Assembly (NCBI GenBank): GCA_035701245.1
Contig: DASSNV010000169.1
Location: 1-60,629 of the forward strand
Direction of reading: 5' to 3'
DNA: 60,629 nucleotides
Source: Gemmatimonadaceae bacterium
GTDB lineage: Bacteria; Gemmatimonadota; Gemmatimonadetes; Gemmatimonadales; Gemmatimonadaceae
Part shown: positions 26,922 to 37,095 of the stretch, one piece after another
Numbering within the stretch: position 1 is the first letter of the stretch
Layout: every line of letters begins with the position of its first letter
Translations under genes and position numbers: made by a program
The notes under the pieces: generated by a model
Database searches by the model: none
Told to the model about the DNA's origin: nothing
The model's input: the letters and a program-made list of their open reading frames with translations, nothing else

Positions 26922-27370
26922 TACTTCTCACTCTTCTTGTTGAGGTCGAGCACTTTCGGCTGCTGCGCGGCATGGGTGTGCTTTGCGTCGGCAAAGACGC
27001 GGAGCTTGTTGCGGAGCTTCTGACGGCCGAGGGCGGTCTTGGGCAGCATGCCGTAGACGGCCTTCTCGATCACGCGCTCGGGGTGCTTCTCCAGCATGGT
27101 CTCGAACGGCATGAAGCGCTCGTGACCCATGTAGCCGGTGTGTCTGAAGTACCGCTTCTGCTCTGCTTTTCGGCCCGTGACGCGAACCTTCGCTGCATTG
27201 ATCACGATGACGTTGTCGCCCGTGTCCATGTGGGGCGTGTACATCGGCTTGTGCTTGCCACGGATGATCCTGGCGACCTCGGTCGCCAGACGGCCGAGGA
27301 CCATGCCCTCAGCGTCGACGATATACCATTGGTGCTCGATATCCCGCGGGGTCGCGGAGTATGTCTTCAT
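26921..27370 (-). CDS. rplM: 50S ribosomal protein L13
   Basis: WYIVDA...LGRLA...GKHKPMYTPHMDTGD, GMLPK. Confidence 0.98.
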   Translation of the reverse strand: MKTYSATPRDIEHQWYIVDAEGMVLGRLATEVARIIRGKHKPMYTPHMDTGDNVIVINAAKVRVTGRKAEQKRYFRHTGYMGHERFMPFETMLEKHPERVIEKAVYGMLPKTALGRQKLRNKLRVFADAKHTHAAQQPKVLDLNKKSEK

Positions 27371-27462
27371 GTGAAGCAGAACGTATGAAAGTGCCGGCCC
27401 CCTTTCGTTCGAGTAGGGTCCAAGCGGTTAATTGCGACTAAGTGGTTTTGCGACAGCCTTTT

Positions 27463-27491
27463 AAGGTATCCGGCACGAGCAGTCATGTCAA
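27463..27491 (-). promoter_or_regulatory. Sigma70-type promoter of rplM operon, TTGACA-N17-TACCTT
   Basis: Perfect -35, 17-nt spacer, ~90 nt upstream of rplM. Confidence 0.7.
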
Positions 27492-27512
27492 CCGCGGGCG
27501 CTCCGGCGCAGC

Positions 27513-28016
27513 CTACTCCATTTCCACGAGCAAAGCACCTCGCTCGACCGCGGTTCCCGGGGACACTTTGACGGCTTTGACCGTGCCTGAGCTCGTCGCC
27601 CGCAGCTCATTCTCCATTTTCATCGCTTCCATCACCACCACGCCGTCGCCGGCCTCGACACGATCGCCGGGACTGACGTTGATCCTGATGATGAGGCCGG
27701 GCATCGGCGCCAGAATCGGGGCCGGCCCCGCCGGCGCTGCGTTGGCGGCGGAGATGTCTCGAATCGCGCGGGTCCGCTCGTCCAGCGCCTCCGCCTCGAA
27801 GCGATGCCCGTCTACCCACAAGGTGTATCGGCCCTTGCCCGGCTGCTTGCGGACAACCACCCGATAAACGTGACTTCCGAGCTTGACCGTCCGTACCGGG
27901 CTACCCTCGACCTCAGCCAGCTCGGCATGCACGGCCGCGTCAGCCTCGAACTGGACAGCCGCGCCATCCATTGCCACCGAGTGCCGCTCGGCATCGAGCT
28001 CGACGATGTACTTCAT
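27513..28016 (-). CDS. Biotin carboxyl carrier subunit of acyl-CoA carboxylase
   Basis: APMPG...EAMKMENEL biotinylation motif. Confidence 0.93.
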   Translation of the reverse strand: MKYIVELDAERHSVAMDGAAVQFEADAAVHAELAEVEGSPVRTVKLGSHVYRVVVRKQPGKGRYTLWVDGHRFEAEALDERTRAIRDISAANAAPAGPAPILAPMPGLIIRINVSPGDRVEAGDGVVVMEAMKMENELRATSSGTVKAVKVSPGTAVERGALLVEME

Positions 28017-29251
28017 GCGGCGGCGATGTCGGGCCGCAGCTCGCAGACGGTCTCGACGTGCGCCGTCTGCGGGAACATGTCGAACCCGCGGAGTGATTCG
28101 ATCCTGTAGCTCGGGAGTCGCGCCAGATCTCTCGCCAGAGTGGCGGGGTTGCAGCTCACATAGACGATCGCGCGCAGGTGTGCAGCCTCCGCCTCGAGCG
28201 TTTCAGTAACGCGCTTGTCGACGCCGGCGCGCGGCGGATTGAGCAGCACTACATCGGCGGGCAGGACGCCGGGGAGCGCATCTTCGACGCGCGCGGCAAT
28301 CGCGCGAGACTCGACGCCGATCCGCGCAGCGGACCACGCCGACGCATCCGAATCGAGCTCGATCGCAGTGACGCGGATTCCCTGCTCGCTCAGCGCGATC
28401 GCGGTGTGCCCGGCGCCTGCATAGGCATCGACAACCGTTCGCGGCTCATACGACGTCACGCGCTCCAGGAGATATCGGCGCATCACCTCCGCCATCTCCG
28501 CGTTCACCTGCGCGAACGAGGCACTTGGCGAGCGATCGTCACGCCTGTCGAAGAGCAACCGGCGCGGCATTTCACCCGCTGGCTGCCACCAGAGTGCCGA
28601 TATCGATGGCACGGCAGCAACAAATTCTTTGCTCGCGCTCCACTTCGCGCCGCCGATCATCACGAAGGTCGGACCCCCGCTCGTGATCCGGACGCTGCCA
28701 CGAAGCTCCCTGGCGTCCGGGAAAAATGCATCGGCGTCCATGATCTCGCGCCACGCCGCGACGACGCGACGATCGGTGATCGGACAGTCGGCGAGAGCAA
28801 AAACGCGCGCGGGATCGTCGTAGGGATGCAGCCCCGCTATCCAGCGCGCTCCGCGCCGGCGCATCGCCAGGGTCAGCTTGGTCCGATAGCGCCAGTCCTT
28901 CGGGCTCCGCTCGACGAGTGGGGCGTCCACGATTCGCTTTCCGATTCGCTGGATGGAATCGCGGATGATCAGCTGCTTGGCGATAAGCTGTGAATCGTAG
29001 GTCATGTGCTGCAGCTGGCAGCCGCCACATTGGTCGCGGGTGTAGTGCGGGCACGGCGGCTCGATGCGCACCGCGGCGGGACTGACGACGTCGGCGAGCT
29101 TGCCGCGCGCGAATTGACCCTTGCTCGCGATCTGCGCCGTGACGACATCGCCTGGAGCGGTGCGCGGAACGAAAACCACCAGGCCCGCGCTGCGGCCGAC
29201 ACCGTCGCCGCCAACAGCGATCGAGTCGATGGATAAGCTGACGACCGCCAT
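28013..29251 (-). CDS. TRAM-domain RlmD/TrmA-family RNA uracil-5-methyltransferase
   Basis: TRAM N-terminus, CPHY...CGGCQ Fe-S motif, SFAQVN, NPPRAG, YVSCNPATLARD, DMFPQTAHVE. Confidence 0.9.
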   Translation of the reverse strand: MAVVSLSIDSIAVGGDGVGRSAGLVVFVPRTAPGDVVTAQIASKGQFARGKLADVVSPAAVRIEPPCPHYTRDQCGGCQLQHMTYDSQLIAKQLIIRDSIQRIGKRIVDAPLVERSPKDWRYRTKLTLAMRRRGARWIAGLHPYDDPARVFALADCPITDRRVVAAWREIMDADAFFPDARELRGSVRITSGGPTFVMIGGAKWSASKEFVAAVPSISALWWQPAGEMPRRLLFDRRDDRSPSASFAQVNAEMAEVMRRYLLERVTSYEPRTVVDAYAGAGHTAIALSEQGIRVTAIELDSDASAWSAARIGVESRAIAARVEDALPGVLPADVVLLNPPRAGVDKRVTETLEAEAAHLRAIVYVSCNPATLARDLARLPSYRIESLRGFDMFPQTAHVETVCELRPDIAAA

Positions 29252-30792
29252 CAGTTGTTGAGCCCCTCGATCCGGGCCGCCTGCTTCCACCCATCTACGG
29301 CGCTCGTCGCGGGACCAGTTGATCCTCCCGTACCCGGCGATGGCAACCCGCCCGTCGACACCGAGCGAGCTCGCCGGTCGCGATCCGCCAGCATCGCCGC
29401 GGCGATGGCTGCGACCCGCACCGTGTCAGCCGGCGGCTTTCGCTCCAGGATCGACGCAAGACGCCGCTCGAGCCACTGGATGTCGATGTCACCGCGACGA
29501 AATTCTTCGTCGTCCATCAGGCGAATGTGAAAATCGCGCGATGTTTCCACGCCCTGGATGATCAGGTCGACCAGCGAACGCCGCATGCGGGTGACGGCCT
29601 GCTCGCGATCCGCCCCCCAGACGATCAGCTTCGCCAGCATCGGATCATAGTAGAGGCTGACCTCGCTTCCCTGCTCGATGCCGCCGTCCCAGCGAACCCC
29701 CGGACCACTCGGCAAATGCAGGTGTTCCACGCGTCCGGTGGAGGGCAGAAAATTGTTGGACGCGTCCTCACTGGTAATCCGGCACTCCATCGCCCATCCG
29801 CGGGGAACTATCTCCGCCTGACTGAACGGAAGCCTCTCTCCCGACGCGATCCGCAGCTGCCACTGCACGAGGTCGATGCCCGTCACAAGCTCGGTCACGG
29901 GGTGCTCGACCTGAAGTCGGGTGTTCATCTCGAGGAAATAGAAGTCGCCGCTCTGGTCGAGCAGAAACTCGCAGGTGCCGGCGTTCACGTAACCGGCCGC
30001 GCGCGCCGCGCGCACCGCTGTCTCGCCCATCTTCCTGCGCAATTCGGGATTCACCGCGACGCTGGGCGACTCTTCGATCATTTTCTGGTGCCGGCGCTGG
30101 ACCGAGCATTCGCGCTCGCCGAGTGAGAGTACGTTGCCATACGCATCGGCGAGCACCTGAATCTCGACGTGACGCGGCCGCGAGATGAATTTCTCGAGGT
30201 AAATCGCATCGTCGCCGAAGGCGGCCTTCGCCTCCCGCTGCGCTGCGCCAAAAGCACTGGCGAGATCCTTGGGATCAGACACCACTCGCATGCCCTTCCC
30301 ACCTCCCCCAGCCGCGGCCTTGAGCAGGATCGGATAGCCGAAGCTCGTGGCGACCTTCGCCGCGACCGCGGCATCGGCGAGCGGCTCGGTCGTGCCCGGC
30401 ACGACGGGAACGTTGTTCGCAACCGCCAGCGTCCGCGCGGCGGTCTTGCTCCCCATCGCCGCGATCGCCTCGGCGGGTGGGCCGATCCATACAACGCCGG
30501 CGTCACGAACGGCGCGCGCGAACCACTCGCGCTCGGACAGGAATCCATAGCCGGGATGAATGGCATCTGCGCCCGTGGTCCGCGCGGCCTCGATGATCCG
30601 GTCGCCGCGCAAGTAGCTCTCCGTCGACGGCGGCGGCCCGATCAACACGGCTTCGTCTGCCTCACGTACGTGCGGCGCGCGCGCGTCGGCCTCGCTGTAC
30701 ACGGCAACCGTCTTTACGCCAAGCTCGTTGCAGGCGCGGATGACGCGCAGGGCGATCTCGCCGCGGTTTGCAATCAGAACTTTCCTGAACAC
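29251..30792 (-). CDS. Biotin carboxylase subunit (AccC/PccA-like)
   Basis: ANRGEIALR, HPGYGFLSE, GGGGKGMR, RECSVQRRHQK, EMNTRLQVEH. Confidence 0.96.
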   Translation of the reverse strand: MFRKVLIANRGEIALRVIRACNELGVKTVAVYSEADARAPHVREADEAVLIGPPPSTESYLRGDRIIEAARTTGADAIHPGYGFLSEREWFARAVRDAGVVWIGPPAEAIAAMGSKTAARTLAVANNVPVVPGTTEPLADAAVAAKVATSFGYPILLKAAAGGGGKGMRVVSDPKDLASAFGAAQREAKAAFGDDAIYLEKFISRPRHVEIQVLADAYGNVLSLGERECSVQRRHQKMIEESPSVAVNPELRRKMGETAVRAARAAGYVNAGTCEFLLDQSGDFYFLEMNTRLQVEHPVTELVTGIDLVQWQLRIASGERLPFSQAEIVPRGWAMECRITSEDASNNFLPSTGRVEHLHLPSGPGVRWDGGIEQGSEVSLYYDPMLAKLIVWGADREQAVTRMRRSLVDLIIQGVETSRDFHIRLMDDEEFRRGDIDIQWLERRLASILERKPPADTVRVAAIAAAMLADRDRRARSVSTGGLPSPGTGGSTGPATSAVDGWKQAARIEGLNN

Positions 30793-30798
30793 TGCCGG

Positions 30799-32349
30799 CT
30801 AGAGCGGGATGTTACCGTGTTTCTTGGGCGGATTCTTGTCGCGCTTGGTCTGCAACGTCTCGAGCGCGCTGATCAACGACGGCCTGGTATCGCGTGGATC
30901 GATGATGTCATCGACGTATCCGCGGCCGGCGGCGATGTAGGGGTGCGCGAACTTGTCCCGGTACTCCTCGATCTTTGCATCAGTCGCTGCCGCCTGGTCG
31001 CTGCTCTCCGAGATTTCTTTCCGGAACAGGATCTCGACCGCACCCTTCGGGCCCATCACCGCGATTTCGGCCGTCGGCCACGCGACGTTGAAGTCGCCCC
31101 GAATGTGCTTGGAGCTCATGACGTCGTACGCGCCGCCATACGCCTTGCGCGTTATCACGGTCAGCTTCGGCACCGTCGCCTCGCAGTAGGCGAACAGGAG
31201 CTTCGCACCATGCTTGATGATACCGCCGTGCTCCTGGGCGACGCCGGGCAGGAATCCCGGCACATCCTCGAAAGTCACCAGCGGGATGTTGAACGCGTCG
31301 CAGAAGCGAATGAATCGCGCCGCCTTGAGCGAGGCGTTGATGTCCAGTACTCCGGCCAGCACTGCCGGCTGGTTTGCCACGATCCCGACGCTGTAACCTC
31401 CGAGGTGCGCGAACCCACAGAGAATGTTCATCGCGTAGTCGCTCTGCACCTCGTAGAACTCGCCATCGTCGATGACGCGCCTGATTACCTCGCGCATGTC
31501 GTACGGCTTGTTGGCGTTGTCGGGGACGATCTCGAGTAAGGACTCGTCGCGGCGGTCGCGGGAGTCGGTGCCAGGACCGCGCGGCGGGTCGCCGAGGTTG
31601 TTTGACGGAATGAAACGGAACAGATCCCTGATCTGCTGCAGGCATTCAGGCTCGGAATCCGCCGCGAAGTGCGCGACGCCCGACTTCCCGGCGTGGGTGT
31701 CGGCGCCACCCAGCTCCTCCATCGTCACGTCTTCGTGGGTCACGGTCTTAACGACGTTCGGCCCGGTGACGAACATGTAGGAAGAGCCGCGCACCATGTA
31801 AGTGAAATCGGTGATCGCCGGCGAATAGACCGCGCCGCCCGCGCACGGGCCCATGATCGCCGAGATCTGCGGCACCACACCAGACGCGAGTGTATTGCGG
31901 AGGAAGATCTCCGCGTATCCGCCGAGCGAGACGACGCCCTCCTGGATGCGCGCACCGCCTGAGTCGTTGAGTCCGATGACTGGCGCGCCGTTCCGCATCG
32001 CCAGGTCCATGATCTTTACGATCTTCTCTGCGAACGCCTCGGAGAGCGAGCCGCCGAATACGGTAAAGTCCTGAGAAAAGACGTAAACGAGCCGGCCATC
32101 GATCTTGCCGTATCCGGTTATGACCCCGTCGCCATAGAACTTCTGCGTTTCGAGACCGAAATCGGTGGAGCGGTGTACTACGAATCGATCGAGCTCGACG
32201 AACGAACCTTCGTCGAGCAGCAGCTCGAGTCGTTCGCGCGCCGACAGCTTTCCTTTTTCGTGCTGCGCCTGGAGCCGGGCTTCACCGCCGCCAAGCTCCG
32301 ATTCGGCCCGCCGCCGCTCGAGCAGCTCGAGCTTCTCTCGCATCGTCAT
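30799..32349 (-). CDS. pccB: Acyl-CoA (propionyl-CoA-type) carboxylase carboxyltransferase subunit
   Basis: [47 protein letters not shown]. Confidence 0.93.
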   Translation of the reverse strand: MTMREKLELLERRRAESELGGGEARLQAQHEKGKLSARERLELLLDEGSFVELDRFVVHRSTDFGLETQKFYGDGVITGYGKIDGRLVYVFSQDFTVFGGSLSEAFAEKIVKIMDLAMRNGAPVIGLNDSGGARIQEGVVSLGGYAEIFLRNTLASGVVPQISAIMGPCAGGAVYSPAITDFTYMVRGSSYMFVTGPNVVKTVTHEDVTMEELGGADTHAGKSGVAHFAADSEPECLQQIRDLFRFIPSNNLGDPPRGPGTDSRDRRDESLLEIVPDNANKPYDMREVIRRVIDDGEFYEVQSDYAMNILCGFAHLGGYSVGIVANQPAVLAGVLDINASLKAARFIRFCDAFNIPLVTFEDVPGFLPGVAQEHGGIIKHGAKLLFAYCEATVPKLTVITRKAYGGAYDVMSSKHIRGDFNVAWPTAEIAVMGPKGAVEILFRKEISESSDQAAATDAKIEEYRDKFAHPYIAAGRGYVDDIIDPRDTRPSLISALETLQTKRDKNPPKKHGNIPL

Positions 32350-32484
32350 GGATGCGAAAAGCTAACCGCCAGCGGAATCCGCATCTAGCGGCTTGGTGTC
32401 GCTGATGCTCCGGTCAAACTAAGTTATGAAGACACATTGCTGCCCCAACGGTTTCAGGGATAGCATTGAGTAAACCCGTCCACT

Positions 32485-32940
32485 TTGAGTCCATCACGAA
32501 GAAGAAGAAGGCCCGCTAAGGCGAAAAAAACCGCCCGACGCCGGCCAACCCATCAGCACACCTCGCTTCCGACGAGTCGCAACGCGTACATGGAAACGCG
32601 CCAGTGGCTGCTCGATCGGCACGGGCCTGTCTGCGCCTACTGTGAGCGCCGGGTGAGCGCGAAGGCGATCACCATGGATCACGTTACTCCCCGCAAGGGA
32701 AAGACAGCGTACGACCGCCGCGACAACCTCGTGCTGGCGTGTCCAGCATGCAACGCGCTCAAGGCGGACCAGCCGTTCCTGGCGTTTCTGCTGGCGCGGC
32801 GCGCACGCGCGGCGAGCCTGCTGCGGTACGGAGGGCACCTGAGCCCGATGCTCCTCGATCTCGCGAAAGAGATTGCCGGGCCCGAGGCTGCCGCGCGCGC
32901 CGCGCGGCTCGCGGACCCCGACTACCCCTACCTCGACTAG
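32485..32940 (+). CDS. HNH endonuclease (McrA-like Zn-binding) with basic N-terminus
   Basis: CAYC...TMDHVTP...NLVLACPACNALK. Confidence 0.88.
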   Translation: MSPSRRRRRPAKAKKTARRRPTHQHTSLPTSRNAYMETRQWLLDRHGPVCAYCERRVSAKAITMDHVTPRKGKTAYDRRDNLVLACPACNALKADQPFLAFLLARRARAASLLRYGGHLSPMLLDLAKEIAGPEAAARAARLADPDYPYLD

Positions 32941-34214
32941 CTGTCGGTTTCGCCGTCTGCCGCAGCCGCCTGAGCCGGCTCCGTGGCTGGCTGCGATGGT
33001 TCCGTCGCCGCTTCCGATTCGACGAGCTTAATCGGGCGCGGATTAGCGGCGCGTCGGGACTTGCCCTTGAGACGCGCTTTGATGAACGCGAGCACATCCA
33101 TCTCATGCTGACGCAGCGTCGGTCCCTTCGATTTGCGCTTGTTCCACCGGCGTTCGGGCATCGGCGGCAGCACCGAACCATCGAGGTAGGCCTCGATCAG
33201 CGCGGGATGGATGTAGTACTTGCGGCAGACGCTGCGGGTGTTGCCGAGTCTCTTCGCCGTCATGTCGACAGCGGCGACAATGTTTCGCTCCGCCTCGCGC
33301 TTGGTCTTTGCGGGGCCCATGGCGCGCAACGCTTCGGCGGCGAGCATCGTTCCCGCCCAGGTACGGAAATCCTTGGCGGTAATGTCGCGCCCGGTGATCT
33401 CCTGCAGGTACGCATTGACGTCTTCGGCGTCTACTTCCTGACGCTTGCCTTCGTCATCGAGGTACTTGAACAGCTCCTCGCCGCGCAGCTCCTGGCAGCG
33501 CTGGACGATCCTCGCGATGCGCTTGTCAGTAACCGAGACGGCGTGCTGAATTCCGCTCTTCCCGCGGAACTCGAAGCGAAGCTCTGAGCCGACCACCGCG
33601 ACGTGCCGGCGCCGCAGGGTCGTGAGGCCGAACGACTTGTTGGCTTTGCGATACTCGTCCGAGCCAATGCGGATCAGCGTCGTCTCAAGCAGCCAAACCA
33701 CGGTCGCCATGATCTTGTCGCGGGCGAGACCGGGCAGCGCGATGTCCGATTCGACTCGTTCGCGGATCTTCCAGAGCACATCGCTCAGCTCGAACATGCG
33801 CTCGAACTTGGTTCCGTCGCGGTGCTGTCTGAACTGCGGATGGTAGCGGTACTGCTTTCGCCCGCGCGCGTCGCGCGCGGTGACCTGGAGGTGGCCATCC
33901 TCGTGCGGACAAATCCAGACCTCCGTCCACGCGGGCGGTATCACGAGAGACCGAAAACGCTTCAGGGATTCGGTGGATCTGATGACGGTTCCGTCGGGTC
34001 CGACGTACGTGAAGCCGCGACCGTGGCGGTGCCGGCGGATTCCCGGCATCGCGTCGGTAACGTATCTGAGTCCCGCGGCGACCGCGGACCCGATGTATTC
34101 ACGTGAGACTGATTGTCCCAGAAATCCTCCCGACTGCGCGCACTGTGGACACGCCTGGCCGCTACGGCTGAGGCGGGGCGTCGCGATATGGACGAGAGGC
34201 ACGGCCGGCGGCAA
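32937..34214 (-). CDS. Bacterial (poxvirus-like) DNA topoisomerase IB; start uncertain
   Basis: IPPAWTEVWIC, DARGRKQYRYH, LIRIG, FRGKSG, KDFRTW, LGNTRSVCRKYYIHP with catalytic Tyr. Confidence 0.93.
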   Translation of the reverse strand: MPPAVPLVHIATPRLSRSGQACPQCAQSGGFLGQSVSREYIGSAVAAGLRYVTDAMPGIRRHRHGRGFTYVGPDGTVIRSTESLKRFRSLVIPPAWTEVWICPHEDGHLQVTARDARGRKQYRYHPQFRQHRDGTKFERMFELSDVLWKIRERVESDIALPGLARDKIMATVVWLLETTLIRIGSDEYRKANKSFGLTTLRRRHVAVVGSELRFEFRGKSGIQHAVSVTDKRIARIVQRCQELRGEELFKYLDDEGKRQEVDAEDVNAYLQEITGRDITAKDFRTWAGTMLAAEALRAMGPAKTKREAERNIVAAVDMTAKRLGNTRSVCRKYYIHPALIEAYLDGSVLPPMPERRWNKRKSKGPTLRQHEMDVLAFIKARLKGKSRRAANPRPIKLVESEAATEPSQPATEPAQAAAADGETDS

Positions 34215-34410
34215 CGTCGGGCTGCCTTAAAGGGCCCCGAACACTCCTATTGCGAGCCCACACGGCGAAAACCCCGAAGCGCGCCCGGCATCATGACCGT
34301 TTGCTGTCGCGCCCTCCTCGGTGCCGTCAGCCAGGTCCTTTTCCTAGTTTTCGGTGAGGCGACCCGATTTGTCGCACCGCGATCGCGGCGCATTGCCGGA
34401 GGAAAACGAT

Positions 34411-34851
34411 ATGAAGACTCTTTTCGTCAGCGCACTTCTGTCGCTGCTCGTTGCTGGTGCCTGCTCCAGCATCAACGACAGCGCGACCAACACCGCGCTG
34501 CTGCAGCTCGGCACGAATCGCGAGCGATGGCAGAGCAAGGGCATCCATGATTACTCATTTGACTACGATTTCGCGGCAATGATTCAGACGCAGCCGCTCC
34601 ACATCGAGGTCCGGGCCGACACGGTGAACCGCGTCACCGACCGCGTCACCGGAGAGATCTTGATGAACGCGGGAAATCCGACTGTCGATTCGCTCTTTGC
34701 GCGCGTGTCATCGCTCATCGCGCATCCGTCCAACGGCATCCGCGTTCAGTACAACGCCGCCCTGGGCTTCCCGGAAAGCATCACGTCCGGCTCGAACGTG
34801 CCCGATACCGGCTACACCATCACGGTCACCAACCTGGCCTCTCTGCCCTAG
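34411..34851 (+). CDS. Putative lipoprotein (DUF6174-like)
   Basis: GGAGG SD, signal peptide with lipobox VAGAC; RERWQSKGIHDYSF...TVDSLF...YNAALGFP. Confidence 0.75.
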   Translation: MKTLFVSALLSLLVAGACSSINDSATNTALLQLGTNRERWQSKGIHDYSFDYDFAAMIQTQPLHIEVRADTVNRVTDRVTGEILMNAGNPTVDSLFARVSSLIAHPSNGIRVQYNAALGFPESITSGSNVPDTGYTITVTNLASLP

Positions 34852-36980
34852 CTGGTCGCGCCGTTCGCGGTGGGAAGCGTGACGTAAAAAGTGCTCCCAA
34901 GCCCGACGCTGCTCTCCACCCAGATGCGGCCGTTGTGGGCTTCGACGATGCCCTTGGCGATGGCGAGACCAAGCCCGATACCGCGGCGATCGGACGTCTT
35001 TGCCTGCCAGAATCGACCGAAGATGTGTGGCAGCTGCTCGGCTGGAATGCCGGGTCCGGTGTCGATCACCGAGAATCGCACCTCCCCGTCGATGCGCTCG
35101 GCACAGACGGTGATCGTGCCCGCGCGCGGCGTGAACTTGACCGCGTTTCCGACGAGATTCGACAGCACCTGCTGAACTCTGGCGGCGTCCGCGATGACGA
35201 GCGGCAGATTGTCCTCGACGTTGGTCTCCATCCGAATGGTGCTCCCCCCCGCGAGGGGCCGGAGCATATCGACCGTGTCGTTGATGAGCGCACCCGGGTG
35301 CTCAGGCCGCGGATCGATGGTGAGACGGCCGGATTCCATGCGCTTCACATCCAGCAAATCCTGGATCATCCGGTTCATGCGGTCGGCCGCTCTGCGCACA
35401 ATTTCCGCCTGACGGCGCTCCTGGACGCGCTCCGGCGGCGTGGTCTCGAGCATGAGGCTGACCGCCATGGTGACCGTGTTCAACGGATTGCGCAGATCAT
35501 GCGCGACGACGGCCAACACGTCATCGCGCGCGCGCGTCGCCTGCTGCGCTTCGTGGAAAAGTCGGGCGTGCTCGACCACCACCGCCGCGCGCCGGGCGAG
35601 GTCCGCCGCCAGCGACAGGTCGGCGACCTCGAAGCGCCGGCCGGAGCCGGACGTAACGAGGGTCAGCGCTCCAATCGGCCGTCCGGACGTCACGAGTGGC
35701 ACGCAGATCAGGGACCGAGGCCCAAGCGCTTCGACGATCTTTCGCTGGCCCGGCTCGGCAAACGAAGCGCGAATGAAGGCAGATGTGATGTCCGCCTCAA
35801 GCACCGGCGCGCCCGTGTTCATCACGCGAATGAGCGGATGACGGTCGGTGAGCGCGCTTTTCGGGAATGTCGCGACCTCCCGCAACAGCTGGGACTTTGC
35901 AGGGTCGACGTGCGCTTCACCGATGCGCTCGAACCTGTCCTCGGCTTCGACAATGTCCAGCGCGCAATAGTCGGCGAGCGCCGGAACGGCGAGTCGCACC
36001 AGCGCTGCGAGGGTCGTCTGATAGTCGAACGAAGCGCTCAGCACTCTGCTCGCTTCCGCGAGCAGCGCGGCGCGTTTCTGGGAATGCTCCGCTTCGGCGC
36101 GGGCCGCCTGCTCGCGCGCCAGCGCCCGCGCGTGCTCCTCGGCGCGACGGCGCGCCGTGACATCCCGGAAGCTCCAGACCCGTCCGACCGGCAGGTCGTC
36201 GATGCGCTGCGGCTGGGAATATCGCTCGAAGGTGCGACCGTCCTTGAGCTCGAGCACGTCGTAGCTGGCTTCGTCCGGATGCCGATAGAGCTCGATCACC
36301 TTCGACATGAACTCCTCGGGGTGGACGAGCTTGTCGAGCGCCGCGTCGATCGCGCGCTGATCGTCACCGCAGGCGAAGATCTCCGCCGGAATCTCCCACA
36401 TGTCCGCCATCTTCTGATTGAAGCTCAGAATCTTGCCGTTCAAATCGACGACGAGGATTCCATCAGCCGTGGATTCCAGTGTCGCGCGCAACAACGAAAG
36501 GGACCGGCTCGCCTCGGCCTCCGCCTCGCGGCGCAGGGTGATGTCCTCGATGAACCCAACCAGGTACAATGGCTGCCCCTCGACGGACCGAACTATTGAG
36601 ACGGTGAGATTCACCCAGATGACGCGGCCGTCCTTTCGGATGTAGCGCTTCTCCATGCGGTACTCAGGCAGCTCGCCATCGCGAATGCGGCGAATGAACT
36701 CGAGACTCGCAGGCACATCTTCCGGATGGGTGAGCTGCTCGACCTTGAACTGGAGGATCTCCTCGCGCGAGTATCCGGTGATGTCGCAGTAGCGCTGATT
36801 GACCGAGATCCACTCTTCGTCGAGAGTGAGGTGGGCGATGCCGATCGCGGCCTGCTCGAAGGTCGCAAGGAGAAGGTGGCCCGGGCCGCCGAGCGGCACC
36901 GCGTATTCAGCCGTCCAGCCCGGCACAGGGTCGGTTGGCGTGAGCATTGTCGTATCGCCTGAAGTGGTTAGGCGCGCCAT
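34848..36980 (-). CDS. Cytoplasmic PAS-PAS-GAF sensor histidine kinase
   Basis: PAS/PAC (EKRYIRKDG), GAF, H-box AHDLRNPL, NAVKFT, DTGPGI, GLGLAI. Confidence 0.93.
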   Translation of the reverse strand: MARLTTSGDTTMLTPTDPVPGWTAEYAVPLGGPGHLLLATFEQAAIGIAHLTLDEEWISVNQRYCDITGYSREEILQFKVEQLTHPEDVPASLEFIRRIRDGELPEYRMEKRYIRKDGRVIWVNLTVSIVRSVEGQPLYLVGFIEDITLRREAEAEASRSLSLLRATLESTADGILVVDLNGKILSFNQKMADMWEIPAEIFACGDDQRAIDAALDKLVHPEEFMSKVIELYRHPDEASYDVLELKDGRTFERYSQPQRIDDLPVGRVWSFRDVTARRRAEEHARALAREQAARAEAEHSQKRAALLAEASRVLSASFDYQTTLAALVRLAVPALADYCALDIVEAEDRFERIGEAHVDPAKSQLLREVATFPKSALTDRHPLIRVMNTGAPVLEADITSAFIRASFAEPGQRKIVEALGPRSLICVPLVTSGRPIGALTLVTSGSGRRFEVADLSLAADLARRAAVVVEHARLFHEAQQATRARDDVLAVVAHDLRNPLNTVTMAVSLMLETTPPERVQERRQAEIVRRAADRMNRMIQDLLDVKRMESGRLTIDPRPEHPGALINDTVDMLRPLAGGSTIRMETNVEDNLPLVIADAARVQQVLSNLVGNAVKFTPRAGTITVCAERIDGEVRFSVIDTGPGIPAEQLPHIFGRFWQAKTSDRRGIGLGLAIAKGIVEAHNGRIWVESSVGLGSTFYVTLPTANGATS

Positions 36981-37095
36981 GACAGCTCCATCGTACGAGT
37001 GAGCCTGTGGACGGGTCGCGCGCCGATGCGCGCTGGCCGCCCTAATTTCGCATCCGGCGCGGGAGACGGACAGAAGGAATTTGGGTCCGGCTCCC

